NCBI GenBank assembly: GCA_030704615.1 | Contig: CM060731.1 | Span: 79,732,001-79,796,000 of the forward strand | Direction: 5' to 3' | Source: Takakia lepidozioides | Taxonomy: Eukaryota; Plantae; Bryophyta | DNA length: 64,000 nt | Part shown: positions 1-12,100 of the stretch, piece after piece | Position numbering within the stretch: the stretch's first letter is position 1 | How the letters are laid out: each line of letters starts with the position of its first letter | The notes under the pieces: generated by a model | Databases searched by the model: none | Told to the model about the DNA's origin: nothing | What the model saw: the letters and a program-made list of their open reading frames with translations, nothing else | Made by a program: the position numbers and the translations under genes

Positions 1-262
1 GCCTCTATCTTCATTCCATAAGTTTCGGGGCCAAATTATTGCAGGAAAGCCCACTTGCTTTTTCTCAAATTTTCGGTGACGAAAAGTACTTGAAATTCCA
101 TATCTCCCACACCGCAGGTCCAAAAATCATGAGACCAAGCTGGTGCACCCCTCCTCATCCAGGACTTTCCAACAGTGCCAAGCACCACGACTGGGCCGCA
201 GCTTGGGAGATCTCAACGCTACAAAAGAAACAAACAAACAAACTACCTTACTTATATATTGA
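1..262 (-). mobile_element. Non-autonomous Helitron-like element, 5' part (runs off window edge)
   Basis: The minus strand starts TCAATATATAAG at 262, directly abutting the CTAG end of the next copy. The body is homologous to 950-1172 and 43000-43230. Confidence 0.6.
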
Positions 263-1172
263 CTAGGATAGCCTATGCCGTTGGCCCGAGTGTCATGTGT
301 CATCTAAGTCCAAGTGCAATCCCCTATGTATCCAAGTGCGTCTCCAATGTCGAGGCCCATGTGTGACGAATTGAAATCTAAGACAAATGCAATTTCCTAC
401 GTACCCAAGCGCGTCTCCTATATGAAGGCCCCTCTAAGCCCAAATGCAGTGCTTCTCCCATGTAGAGGCCCAAGTGCGACCTCCAGTGTCATTCCAACAC
501 TTAATTTTTTAATTTAGTTGAATTTTCAGTGACCAAATTTGTTCATATTTTTATAATTCTCGGCCCGTAGGTCTAAATTTTGTGAACCACATGTCCAATG
601 TCATCTAAGTCCAAGTGTAATCTCCTATGTATCGAAGTGCGTCTCCTATCGAGGCTTCATATATTGATATATCTCTTGTCGAGGCTTCATATTTTGATCT
701 ATCCTATCATTGTCCCAAGAAAGCCAACTTTTGTTTTTTTTTCACGAATTGCCACTAACCAATTGTACTTGAAATTCGACATCTCCCACTCTCCAAAAAT
801 CATGAGACCGCCCCTACTCATCGAGGCTTTCTAACGGTACTAAAATCGTGGCTAGAGGCCCCGCGGTTTGGGAGATCTCAACGACACTACAAACAATATT
901 GAACGCCGATATTTAAAACAATCCCAATTTACATCTAGGAAAGCCCATTTTGCTATTTTTCGTGAATTTCCAGCGACAAAAGTACTTGAAATTTCAGATC
1001 TCTCACACCGCAAGTCCAAAAATCATGAGACCAAGCCGGTGCACCCCTCCTGATCGGGGGCTTTCCAACAGCACCAAGCACCAGGGTTGGGGCTTGCGGT
1101 TTGGGAGATCTCAACGACGCTACAAAAAACAAAACAAAACAAAACAGACAAACAATCTGCTTCATGTATTGA
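263..1172 (-). mobile_element. Non-autonomous Helitron-like element
   Basis: Minus strand: A|TCAATACATGAAG 5' end at 1172; 3' end GGGCCAACGGCATAGGCTATCCTAG at 263 (degenerate hairpin plus CTAG). Internal CCAAGTGC...TCTCCTATG subrepeats. Same family as 42996-44565. Confidence 0.65.
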
Positions 1173-2159
1173 TATCCAAAAACAGAAATGGTGGTAGGGG
1201 TAGGAGGTTGCATTCGCAACACCTCAACATTATATCCTAAGCACTCACCTAACATCTAGCCCAATGATACCCCAACATCCGGATTGCGTCTAGTCTAATG
1301 AACTCACCTAAAACAGATGCTTGTGGTTGGCCGTCAACAAAAGTGGGGGGAGGGAGGGGTATGCAACAGCCCAATATTGACCCTTAGGCACTAACCTAAC
1401 ATCTAGCTCAATGACATCCCAATATTATAACAGCCCAACATCTAGCCTAATAAACTCATCTGTAATGGATGTTTGTGGCTGACCACCATAGCATGTATAG
1501 AAAGAAACAAAAAATGAGAGGTGGGGAGTGGAGAATCAACATCCCAACACCAACCACATGGATTAACCAAAGACAGGGCAACTATGCCGTGAGGGTATGC
1601 TCACAACAACTGCCTTATTGGTGAATGTACGCGAGTACGCTAAAATGGACTTGATTATGTGGGTGTAGGACTCCCCAGGTAAAAGGAAATGACGCCTATT
1701 TGCAAGGCTTCTCAATGTAGAGTAATAGCGTCTAGAATGCATATAGCTGGTACGCTGATAGTTCGCGCCTTGGTGGGTTGTCAGGTGGAGTAGGCAACAG
1801 CAGTGGCTGTTATAGTTCCTATGACCGATCACGTCATAACTGCTTGGGTCCGGCCGCATAAGCTACTATTGCTGGGCCCAAGACTGCTCATTTTTGCCAC
1901 TTGGCAAACAGTTGTTTGATATTACCCCCAAAAAATGTGATTGGTCATAGGGCTCAAGGTTCATACAAGCATTTGAATTGGTTCAACTTTGAAACCCCAT
2001 AACTTTTGTGTGGACTTCATGAAATCGCGCATTTCCAAGTGTGTTGGGATGCCCGGGATGTGGGGCATCTTATCAATTTTATCTGTGGTAAAAACGGAAA
2101 AAATTTACCGTTAGATCTTCCGCCATTGTTAGATGAACGGTCATAGGCCTGTCTACCCT

Positions 2160-2600
2160 ACTCCACAAACATTATGTAGCTGTGTGAGCTCCTGGAAATG
2201 GTTTATAATCTTTTTCAAATGGTCACCTGAAAGGATACTAATGTACTTGCTGAACAATTTATTTCTATCAGTTAGAATGTCACAAACAATATCAACATAC
2301 TTTCATATTGTTGATGCACCCACATTAGAACAATCAGCCATTATATGTGTATCACTATACCCATGAGCAAACCTGTATAGAACAATGGCCACAATTTTTC
2401 TGATCTCTAATTGTGTCCTCACAAGATTAAGACATCGAGATTGCAAGAAAGGTGTCAATTTTAAAATTAAGTTGTTGAAAGCTTCAAAACTCATTTTGTA
2501 AAACATTAAACATTTCTTGTTTCTCATTTCAGGTGTAATATGCCACACATTTCTTTCTACATGATCCCAATGCATGTATTGTCTAGGTTCTTTTCACGAC
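2160..2600 (-). pseudogene. PIF/Harbinger (HARBI1/ALP1-like) transposase remnant, N-terminal part
   Basis: FYKMSFEAFNNLILKLTPFL...KIVAIVLYRFAHG...NVGASTI*KYVDIVCDIL...FQELTQLHNVCG matches the Harbinger nuclease N-terminus. In-frame stop and truncated. Confidence 0.75.
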
Positions 2601-2782
2601 AAGGGAGGTGAATGTCTCTTCCTCTTTGAATTGATACAAAAAATTGGAAGGAAACTAAACCCTATTGAAGGTTCCTTGTCCGCTAGTGTGTGCCTCACTA
2701 TGGACTTAAACATTGCACAGTTCCCTAAGGTAACATAGAGAAGCATCCAAATGAGCAAAACCCTTTCCATGAGAGCTCGGTC

Positions 2783-2943
2783 CATTCTATGGTTGGTTTT
2801 GACAAACAAGCACCTGAGCATGTAATGGCAAGCGCCATTTCTATGGTTGGTTTTGACAAACAAGCACCTGAGCATGTAATGGCAAGCACCATTTCTATGG
2901 TTGGTTTTGATAAACAAGCACATGAGCATGCATTGGCAAGCAC
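2783..2943. repeat. Tandem repeat, 3 x 54 bp
   Basis: TTCTATGGTTGGTTTTGACAAACAAGCACCTGAGCATGTAATGGCAAG units start at about 2785, 2839 and 2893. Confidence 0.95.
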
Positions 2944-3186
2944 GGAGCCTCGGTAAAAACCAACACCAAAAATAAAACAGCGCGGCGGGGCTAACAACGG
3001 TTCGCTGCATGTGCCGGGTACGGCCCTTCGCTTGGCTCCCTTGAACGGGAATGAGCAAAGTGCCATGTGCGCGGGCCTACTCTTTCCTTGCGCCCACGCA
3101 GCCATACAAGTCTCTGTGGGATTTTCCTAAAAAATTTGAATTTCGTGGCCCGCTCTGTTGTCAAGTGGAGCCGTTCCCTACAGAGC

Positions 3187-6100
3187 ATGCTTCTGGCGAT
3201 GGAGATCGGCGCTAAGTTTGGCTTGCATCGGTTGAGGCATTTTTCAGCTGCCTTAGCCGCCAATATGTCTATGGATTCTCTGAAGAATGCCCCGTCTTGC
3301 TCGAGGTTCACTCCAGGAGCCGCTCTTAGGGGGGAATATGACCATTTAGGTCATAGCCGTTTAGCCATGGCATTCTCAACTGATGTCGATATTGATCAGT
3401 CGTATCAACGAGGTCAACTTATCAGCTGTGGATTGAACGTACAATGCCTGAAGTGTGCATTCGGTTACCTGCAGCATTGTGCGCGTCTGCGCACATTAAT
3501 CCATTCAGCATCTTCACGATCTGAGACAGCGTTGAGCTCAGAAGTGTTGGTCTCACCATCGCAGGGAAATGAACACCTCCAGATTTCCTCGGAACCGTTT
3601 GTGGACGTTGCATCATCTCCAGACCAATCTTGCTCCAGTGAGTCTCGAGCCCAGCCACAATCATCAGTCGAGGAAAGGGAAGGCGTTGCAAAGAGCACCA
3701 AGCTAGGGAAGCCAATGTGCTACTACTACACGCAAGGGCTCTGTAACCTGGTACTCATTTCTCCCTTAGGAAAAGAATGAGTATCTCGTTTTGTGTCTAC
3801 GCATCGGTAGAATGGTCTCAGTATAAAACTGAAGTTTGACCGAGGAATGACTATGTGGAGCTTACAACACATGGAGCAACAGCATGGATGAGCAAAATAA
3901 AGCATGTAGCAACTTAGATGACTAAGGAGCAGTGCGAAATCGGCCTCATGCTCCAGTATGATACCAATGCCAGTCAATAGTTTAGCACTCAAACCTGATT
4001 ACCAGAGTGGCATCAGCTGCTGAGGATCACAATGGCAACTTTTTGGGTTAGACCCTGATGAGCTCAAACCCTGCAACTAGCTGCTGGAAAGCATCCCACG
4101 GGGACTTTGGCCTTAAGGGGGATGACAATGGAATAGTTAATGCCTTGTCTGTTTGCCTCGTGTCTGTGAGTTTTGACAATTCCGAAATTGGAAAACTTTC
4201 TGGGTCTGAATTTGGAGGAAAACTTTGGCATCATATTGATGCTGCGAGACAGAAGGGTGTGCCGCATTGTCTTCAAGACGGGGAAACAATGTGTGCACAT
4301 GCAAAATACTAGTTTTTATTTATTTTTCAAACTGTCAGTGTGATAACAATATCAACTTGTTGCCTTAGTAGAAGCTCTCCTAACCTTGGGATAAGGTTTG
4401 GTTGACATTGAATTTTCCCTGGAGAGGTCATCAGTTTGCTCAGTGTACATACACAACTTACCTGTCAAACCAAGTCTCTGCACTAGCTTCAGACCCAAGA
4501 GCGCAGAATAAAATATTCAAATTGAAGAACTTTACAAGATTGTAAGTTGGCGTCCATAGGCTTGGGTTCATGCCTGATATCAGAGCTTCCACCTACATTA
4601 AGAGACATGAACACTAACAGAGAGAACTAAGGTGTGAAGGGTGGGGCAGATGGAGGAGGCAGACCACCTTGCCAAGTTCAGCCATATATATCCTGATATG
4701 CGATTGAGACCAGCCGATGTCAAACGGGTGTGTAAACAGCCTTTCGATTATTACTTGGTCCTGGACCTGGAGGGTATGGTTGAGATCTTGGAGTTCCCTG
4801 TCGTCTTGGTTGATGCTCGGACTCTGCAAGTTGTTGACCGCTTCCATCGGTATACTTCTCTCCAGTCTTTTGTGTTCTAGGTTCATGTTCATCTCGTTAT
4901 GTTTACAGGTTGTAGTGGAGCATTTCAGAATGTTTCTTCTCCTGCTTGATAATTATTTTAGTCATTATTTGAAGCATATGCAACATACATCAAGAAACAG
5001 AAATTTCTAGATACTGTCCAACTTCTGACAAAGTCTACGGGAGTCTGTTGCTAACTAAAGGTCCTTGATATAGGTTTGTGAGGCCTGTGAAAATGTCTCA
5101 GGAAAGGCAGGCTGATTATATCCGCGGGAAGTACGGAAAATGGGGCTTGGACAGGTGGGTTCTTACTTTTTCTTCAACATTTGATTCATAAAATGTGTAA
5201 TTGAGCTCCTTTTAATCAAGCCATGACTGCATGCCTAATGCATAGCATCCAGCTCTAAGACCCTAGTATCCAATCTCATGGGGATACTCATGACAACCCA
5301 GCCAATGGCTGATGAAGTGAGCATCTGCCTCAAAATCCTAGCCCTGTGCTTGCATCCAGAGTTAGGGAACTCTGACTGGACAGGTCGACTCATCTCATGT
5401 ATGGAAGTTCCTTTAATGTGTACGAAGCTACAGATACAACCTTTTGTGGTCGAAGGCTTGAATGAGAGGAGGCTAGTGGGTAACTGGTATCAGACCAAGG
5501 GATTTTTGGATCCCCGGTGAAATATCTGAAGCATCTTTGTCTCTGTCTCTATCTGTGTCTCTCTCTGGTTTCTTGTTTTTCTACTGTGTCCCATGGCCCT
5601 CAGCCCTGTAGACATTATAAAGGCTCTTGCTTTCCTTCTCTCCCTGTCCTTGAGGAGAATCTACCAAACAGATCTCTTTCTGTCTTTGGTCTCTATCCCT
5701 TCCTGGAGCAGGGTGTGGCATGATACAGCCGTTCCTTTCTCGGAAGTTCTTCAGTCATTTGAAGGGTGGCTGGAAGGCTATGAACTCTTGGAGCCCAGCA
5801 GTCCTTGTAAATTGAAAGGAGCAGCCTTTGTGACCTGGTAAGTGCTCCCTTGCCCTCCGCAGTTCCTTGATCTTAACAGTTTTGAGGGATTGCAGAGTAG
5901 ATGCAACCAGCACTAGCCACTTTCTGTTGTTCCACTTTAGCCAAAGGATTGGGTTTAGGTAATATAGGGATAGTGTACACGAAATATTAGCATCAATTTA
6001 TTGTACAAGCAAATAGCCAACCAACATAGCTCTGATGTGCTATCTGTATAACTTGCGCAGTGGAAATTGGGATGTGAAGACTAAGATTCCAGAGCAATGT

Positions 6101-6736
6101 GTCACCTCTCAAATTGCACTGCCACCTTATTGCAACGAGTGGGTCAACTTGAAGGATATTTACCTAAATTTCTACAAGCAACGGGTATGTGTTTCAGGCC
6201 TTGACAGTTTCATTTGCGATTTAACTGGTCGATGAGGTGGACAATGTTCTTGGATTTTGCATCCACGTTTGCATCACAAAACGGAATCCTTGCAAATCAC
6301 TACTATATTTGTATTCAGTATAGTTTACTCGACCATCTTTGGTTCCTTCCAATAACATTCTGACTCCCCATGTATTTGGCCCTGGGCTAGTAGGAGCATA
6401 ACAACAACGTCCAGTTTGATGCTGCAGGGCTCGAAAGCAGTGCGGTGTGTGATTATATTATAGTATTTTGTCTTGCTGATGTACACGCACTGTGTGGGAA
6501 AGCTGCAATGAAGGGGATATGGGTGGGGGTTGCAGGCAGGTGGAATGCTGGCAATGCTAAGGGGCCTGAAGATACCGATGACAGGGGTGCATCATGTAGG
6601 GCTGGACGATTCCCACAATATAGCGCGTGTGCTCCAGCGCATGCTAAGCCATGGGGCCATTGTAAAAATCACTGCAAAGCGGAATGCAACTGACCCCAAG
6701 GCTGTTAAATGGACGTTTCAGAATCGGGTTAAGTAG
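3187..6736 (+). CDS. ERI-1-like DEDDh 3'-5' exonuclease (At3g15140/ERL1-type), 6 exons
   Basis: Exons about 3187-3750, 4650-4849, 5074-5154, 5712-5837, 6061-6184, 6536-6736, all GT-AG. Motifs KPMCYYYTQGLC..H...FSH, YLVLDLEG..EILEFP, VWHDTA, AAFVTCGNWD, WVNLKD, HHVGLDDSHNIARV. The long N-terminus may be an organelle transit peptide; the start codon is uncertain. Confidence 0.9.
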
Positions 6737-7581
6737 GTGTCGTTTTTCCATATATGGGTCTATTTACTTGGGCTCTGACATGTCTCACAGTTAGTACATA
6801 GGGTGTTTGGGGCTGCTGTATTTAATTTCCTAGCCGCTGAATTTGCCTTTGGCTTTGAGATAGGGCTTATACTTGTCTCTTCTGAGGGCAACAATCCTCA
6901 TGCAACACTGCTAGAGTTACTAGATTGTGAGCTATTGAAGATAATTGAAGAACAAGCAAATGAGGTAGCTTCCATGGATCCCCAGGCCCTACCTGGGTGC
7001 CCCAGCAGTACCAACAAAATTCACAGCCCAATTACCTTGTTGATGCCAGGGAGCTCGCTTCACTCTGCAAATGCCGGGATGCTGGAGGCTTTGGAAACCT
7101 ACAGTGCCTCGAACAATATGTGATGACTAATGCCCCAATCTGCATGCAGGAGAGCCGAAAAAGGTAATCCATTGATTCAGTAGAATATTTCGAACCTCCT
7201 GATGATGAGTTCCCACCGGAGCCCAGGCTCAAATGTAAGCTCAGAATGAAACTTGGTGCCATTATCACATGTACTGTACACTGTGATGCATACTCTGATA
7301 CATAGCTTTAACCTAAATCACCCTCCTTAGTCATGGACTCATGTTTTGATCTGGGTCTGCTGCTGCAAAACCCCCCCCCCTCCTTCAAAACTTGTGTACA
7401 GTGACAGGTTGACAGCTGTACAGGTTGACAGGTTTGATCTTACAATATATTCTAAATATTAGTATTTCTCATCCTTTGAAACCTCTAGATACAATTCTAG
7501 GTGTTGGGAGTGTTTCAATCTGGGCATATGTCCATCTCTATTTGTAGAGAAAATTGTGATGAATTTGTGGTGTTAGTCTTG

Positions 7582-8490
7582 TTATTGGCGGGGAGAGCTA
7601 GTTTCTGCAAAGTTTTGAGCATGTTTTTGTTGTTCGTGTTGGATTAAAGCCTCAGCGTCTTTCAAGGATTTTTGTCGTTTTGTATCTGCATCCAGGCCCG
7701 CCATTTTCAATGTCATTGCAAATGTGAAAACAGCTTTGGCTGCCCTTCGTCGGGCCTCATTGTTGGGGTCTTTTGCTTCCACGGTTGTTTCAGCTAACCG
7801 TGCAATAACCTCTCTGCAAACTTGACCCAACAGTGGCAAATCTCCTTCGTACTCTTCAGCACAAACCAGCAGAGCATAATAGATGTCATGCACCAAACCA
7901 TCGCGGTCGTAGTTTTCTTTTCCCATCCTTGTTTTGTTGAGTAAGTCTTGCATTCCTTGAATCAGTTTCCCTTTTTGGAAGTCCCCATATTTGAGTGCTT
8001 CATCGCTGAGGCTCTCTCCTACAACTAAGATTGCATCAAGTGGAACAGAACTTTTCTCCGTATCGATTAATCGCTTGGCAGCCTGTTGGGATGCTGCAAT
8101 CACCTCATGTTTGTAACCTGCCAGATACAAATGTTTGAGTCTTCGTATCGCATCAAACAGATGCTCACCAGGGTGCAAACCTTTCGCCTTCAACTCGTTA
8201 AGCACGCTTATTTCATGTTTGTTAGCATAGCCTTTCCGCACTTTGCTTATGCCGATGGATATGGCGGCCATCCCGCTCTTTGTAGCACTCAACATCATGC
8301 CCAACCCCTTCCTCGCCAAGTTTTCGGCCGTCTCTGTATTCATGGTTTCTCGTCTCTCGAAAGCTAAGCAAAGCTCACGAATCCGGGAGGCAACAGAGAC
8401 AAGCTCACTTGCTTCGGGAATGTAGTGTGTTGGTGACAACCCTTCACACCACGCCTTTTGACCGTGATCATCCAAACCATCAGAACACAT
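7582..8490 (-). CDS. Intronless hypothetical protein, 302 aa, apparently alpha-helical
   Basis: Uninterrupted 909-bp ATG-TAA ORF with protein-like composition; no family recognised. Confidence 0.6.
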   Translation of the reverse strand: MCSDGLDDHGQKAWCEGLSPTHYIPEASELVSVASRIRELCLAFERRETMNTETAENLARKGLGMMLSATKSGMAAISIGISKVRKGYANKHEISVLNELKAKGLHPGEHLFDAIRRLKHLYLAGYKHEVIAASQQAAKRLIDTEKSSVPLDAILVVGESLSDEALKYGDFQKGKLIQGMQDLLNKTRMGKENYDRDGLVHDIYYALLVCAEEYEGDLPLLGQVCREVIARLAETTVEAKDPNNEARRRAAKAVFTFAMTLKMAGLDADTKRQKSLKDAEALIQHEQQKHAQNFAETSSPRQ

Positions 8491-9106
8491 GTGTATGATA
8501 CTCTACTTACTGATTGTAGAAATACTTGTCATGTAGAGTCTATTTCGTGGGATCATTGATGGCATTTCATCCATCAGGAAGCTTGCGGGGAGGGGATCCT
8601 TGTTGACCTAATATTACGAATTTCAACGGCTCAGATACACGTCTTTCGATGCAAGTGACCGTTGCTCGTCAGGTGTCACAGGAGGCCTATTCCACAGAGG
8701 CTTTAGGCTTCAGACTTTGCCTTTCTACTGCACAGAATTGAGCTCAGACGGAGTTTTGGGCTGCGTTACAGCTCTGGCGGTGATTCAGCTGCTTGCTTTC
8801 AACTAGGAGTCAGGTTCAGATTACGGGTGGCTTGTGTTTGCTGCGGTGGCTGTTTGATTGCTTGTCTGAAAGCAGGAATGGAGGTGTTGTCATGCATACT
8901 TAAGTAGCTTTGTAAGGTTGTTGGGCTCAATTTGAAAAAGCTTTTCCTCGCACACTGTAGGGAACGATCCCATTTGTGGCTTCTCAAGAAGTTTGAGAAG
9001 GGAGGATTCAATACCATCTGGGATGCCTTTTCTACTTGCTCGGAATGTTCCAGATGTAGGGAGAGATTGAGATTGCAAGGATAGAGGGAATCGGGCCAGC
9101 ACGAGG

Positions 9107-12100
9107 ATGGCGAAGGGCACGTCCAATCTCCGTCTCTTCTTTCAAGCCTCTAAGAAAGGAGTTGAGGCCAATAGTTCGAATGAACTTCAGTGCGAGTCGA
9201 ACTCTGATAAGTCCAGTGACGTACGGTTCCCCCTGTCTCCCATATCCCAAGTGGCTCGCAACAACCTTACGACAGCTAACCTAGTTCACTCTTCCGGATT
9301 TCCAGCAAAACTGGAGGTAACGACCCCTAAAGGGAAGAAGGGAGTTTCCCAATCAAAGTACCCATACTTGGAGAACGTAGACAACAATGTGGCTTTTTCT
9401 GTGGGAATCCTGGATAAACATTCGACGCCTGCAACCCCCAAGAGTACTGCAAAGAGAAGATTCGGCTGGAACCCCCGGGATCAGGTCCTGAATGAGCAAG
9501 CGAATCCTCATTCATCTACTTCCACAGGTACCTACCTTTGCTTGTCCAAAATTACTAGTAGGCGGGGGAGATGAGGTCCAAATTACGCGATTCATCTATC
9601 AAGGCCTCCTTGTGTTCGTTTGGGGCATGCAGGAACATAATATTCAGGAAAACGTTGTCTGTGGACTGGAACTGCATTTGTTTGAGGTGTGGAGTAGTGT
9701 GCTACGTGTGTAGGAGGCTCATCTACTATATCCTTCAAAGCCAAGTGTGTGTTTAGCTTTCCTTCTATAGTGTCACAGAGACGATGCCAATTGAAAGAGC
9801 TTAACCCTGAACTCACTTCAGCTAACATTGCAGACAAATCTGAGCCAAGGTGTGCTCCACCCAGCACTTCCCGACAATTAAGAGATGGGCCTGTGGAAAT
9901 GAACAGTCTTCTGCTGGACTCGATTCCCTTCACTACCCCAGACCATAGTGCACCAGCAGCTTCCAATGCCAACAGTGGGCTATTCAGCAAGATGGGGATT
10001 GATGCCGAAAATGTACCAGGTACTCCTCGAAACCAACCACAAATTGGAACACCCAACAAAATCAGTAGCCGCCCGGGGACATCTGGGGCGCCAAATGTGA
10101 GTCTCCTGCCTAGTAGCATGCGAGCCATGGGAAGTGTACAGAGAGTCATGGGATCAATGCCACAGGCTGGCAAGGGTGCAAGTCTGCGTTCCACGGAACC
10201 CCACTTTGAGCTTCAAGAGGATCCCTCCTTTTGGAATGACCATAATGTACAGGTGGGTTTCTTCCTTTGTTTGTTTGTATCTTCCACCCGACAACCCCCT
10301 CCCCGAATCAAAGGCACAGAGGCCTTCCTAGTTGATTCTTTCCACCAATATATACATTCAAGCCACAATCATTGCTGGACTGCCCTGCCAGCATTGCAAC
10401 CACCATTGCCATTGCAATAGTACCCTGTGTTTTCCGTATGAGATGTATTAGAAGCTTTGGGCGTGACTATGACCATCCTTCATACTGCAATTCTTATCCT
10501 TGCGATTTCTTACAGATGATGGGTTGGGATGCCAATTCAGTCACACGTTGTCTCTCCATGTACTTTTAGGTTTTGATTCGAACTCGTCCACTAAGCAGTT
10601 CCGAGCCAGCTGGGCAGAGCTTCAGCAGATGTCTGAGACAAGAGAGTGCCAACACCCTCACCTGGCTTGGCCAACCAGAGTCAAGGTTCACATTTGACCA
10701 TGTGGCTGGAGAAACAATAAGTCAGGTGGGTGGCATCAGCTAAGGAAAGACATCTTACGGTTGTTAATCTCAAACCTTTCATTACAGTAACCTGCAGTCG
10801 AGCAACGATTTGAATCATGACAATGCCAATAGTATGTTTGAAGATGGTCTATAAAGCTCTGCACGGTAGACACCCACGTTATTTTCTAGTTTTCTGACTA
10901 TGAGAAAGATTGTCTGCACATTAGTCTGAATCCCTGACCCACTTAGTACCCCTACCGTCGGTTCAACTTTTAGCCCATGGTGTCAATTATTGTATGCATC
11001 GAACATGGGAAGTGATCTGTACTGCAAACTGCTGGCCCCTCATACAGTCCTGGCTTATGAGCCAACACGTAGGGTCTTCAGAGGAAAAACTTATATTGTG
11101 CATGGAAGCCTATTTCAGCTTCTCTGTTGTCATTGAAGGGCTTTGTCACGCAGTTTCTTTGGCAATTGCAGGAAAAGCTATTCAGTGTGGCGGGATTGCC
11201 AATGGTGGAGAACTGCATGGCAGGTTACAATAGCTGTATGTTTGCCTATGGCCAGGTTAGCAGCTAAACTTCTCTATTCAACCATGATCCATGCCACAGA
11301 CGTGCAGAATAATAAATAAACAAGCCCACTTGGTAGCCATTCTCATTCTTGTCTTGCAGGAGTAAGCTCCTAATACCTCATGCAGGCAAGTAAGACTAAT
11401 TAAATTGAGGGCTTACGTGGAGGGGATGTTAGACAGGCAGTGGTAAAACACACACAATGCTTGGAGACATTGATGATCTTAGTCACCACCCAAGTGATGA
11501 CCGTGGTATGACTCCCCGCATCTTCGAATACTTGTTTGCAAAAATATGTAAGGTATGTGAGAGTCTTGCAGCCTGGAACTCGTTGTGTCATCTGGTGTTT
11601 CAAGTCCAGATTGAGCTCTTGCCTTTGTAGAACTTCCCTCTCTACCCCTGGAGAACAGGATAAGCAGTGGAGTGAGCAGAATTTTTTGACACCCATATAT
11701 GAAAAGCTGTTCGTATATTGTAGATGCAAGTGAAACTGCTGTGGTTGATTGTTAGAGCAAACATTGCTTAGCAATGCCAGAATTGCAAGCAAGGGAACTG
11801 TAGACAGCACCAAGCATGCATTCTTAGGATTCTTGACAGTGTTGTGTATAAAACTGCGCCCTTCTTCTACCTCATTGAGAGATGAAGTTTAACTTTATAT
11901 AAATTGGGACAGAAACCTGGTGGGGTTGATAAAGCAAAGGGCTTGAGTATGCGCATATGGCAGGAAGAGCAAGAACGAAAGCAAGAGCAGCTGGAATATG
12001 TGTGCAAGTGTTCCTTTCTGGAGATATACAATGAGCAGATTACAGATTTGTTGGAGCCCTCCTCCTCAAATTTGCAGGCAATGCCACTATCATATCCCAG

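Noticed and set aside
2783-2943. CRISPR-like array
   Set aside because: Contiguous tandem units with no unique spacers; eukaryotic context and no cas genes.
9592-10194. 200-aa minus-strand ORF (and similar antisense ORFs over gag/pol)
   Set aside because: Antisense shadows of real coding exons.
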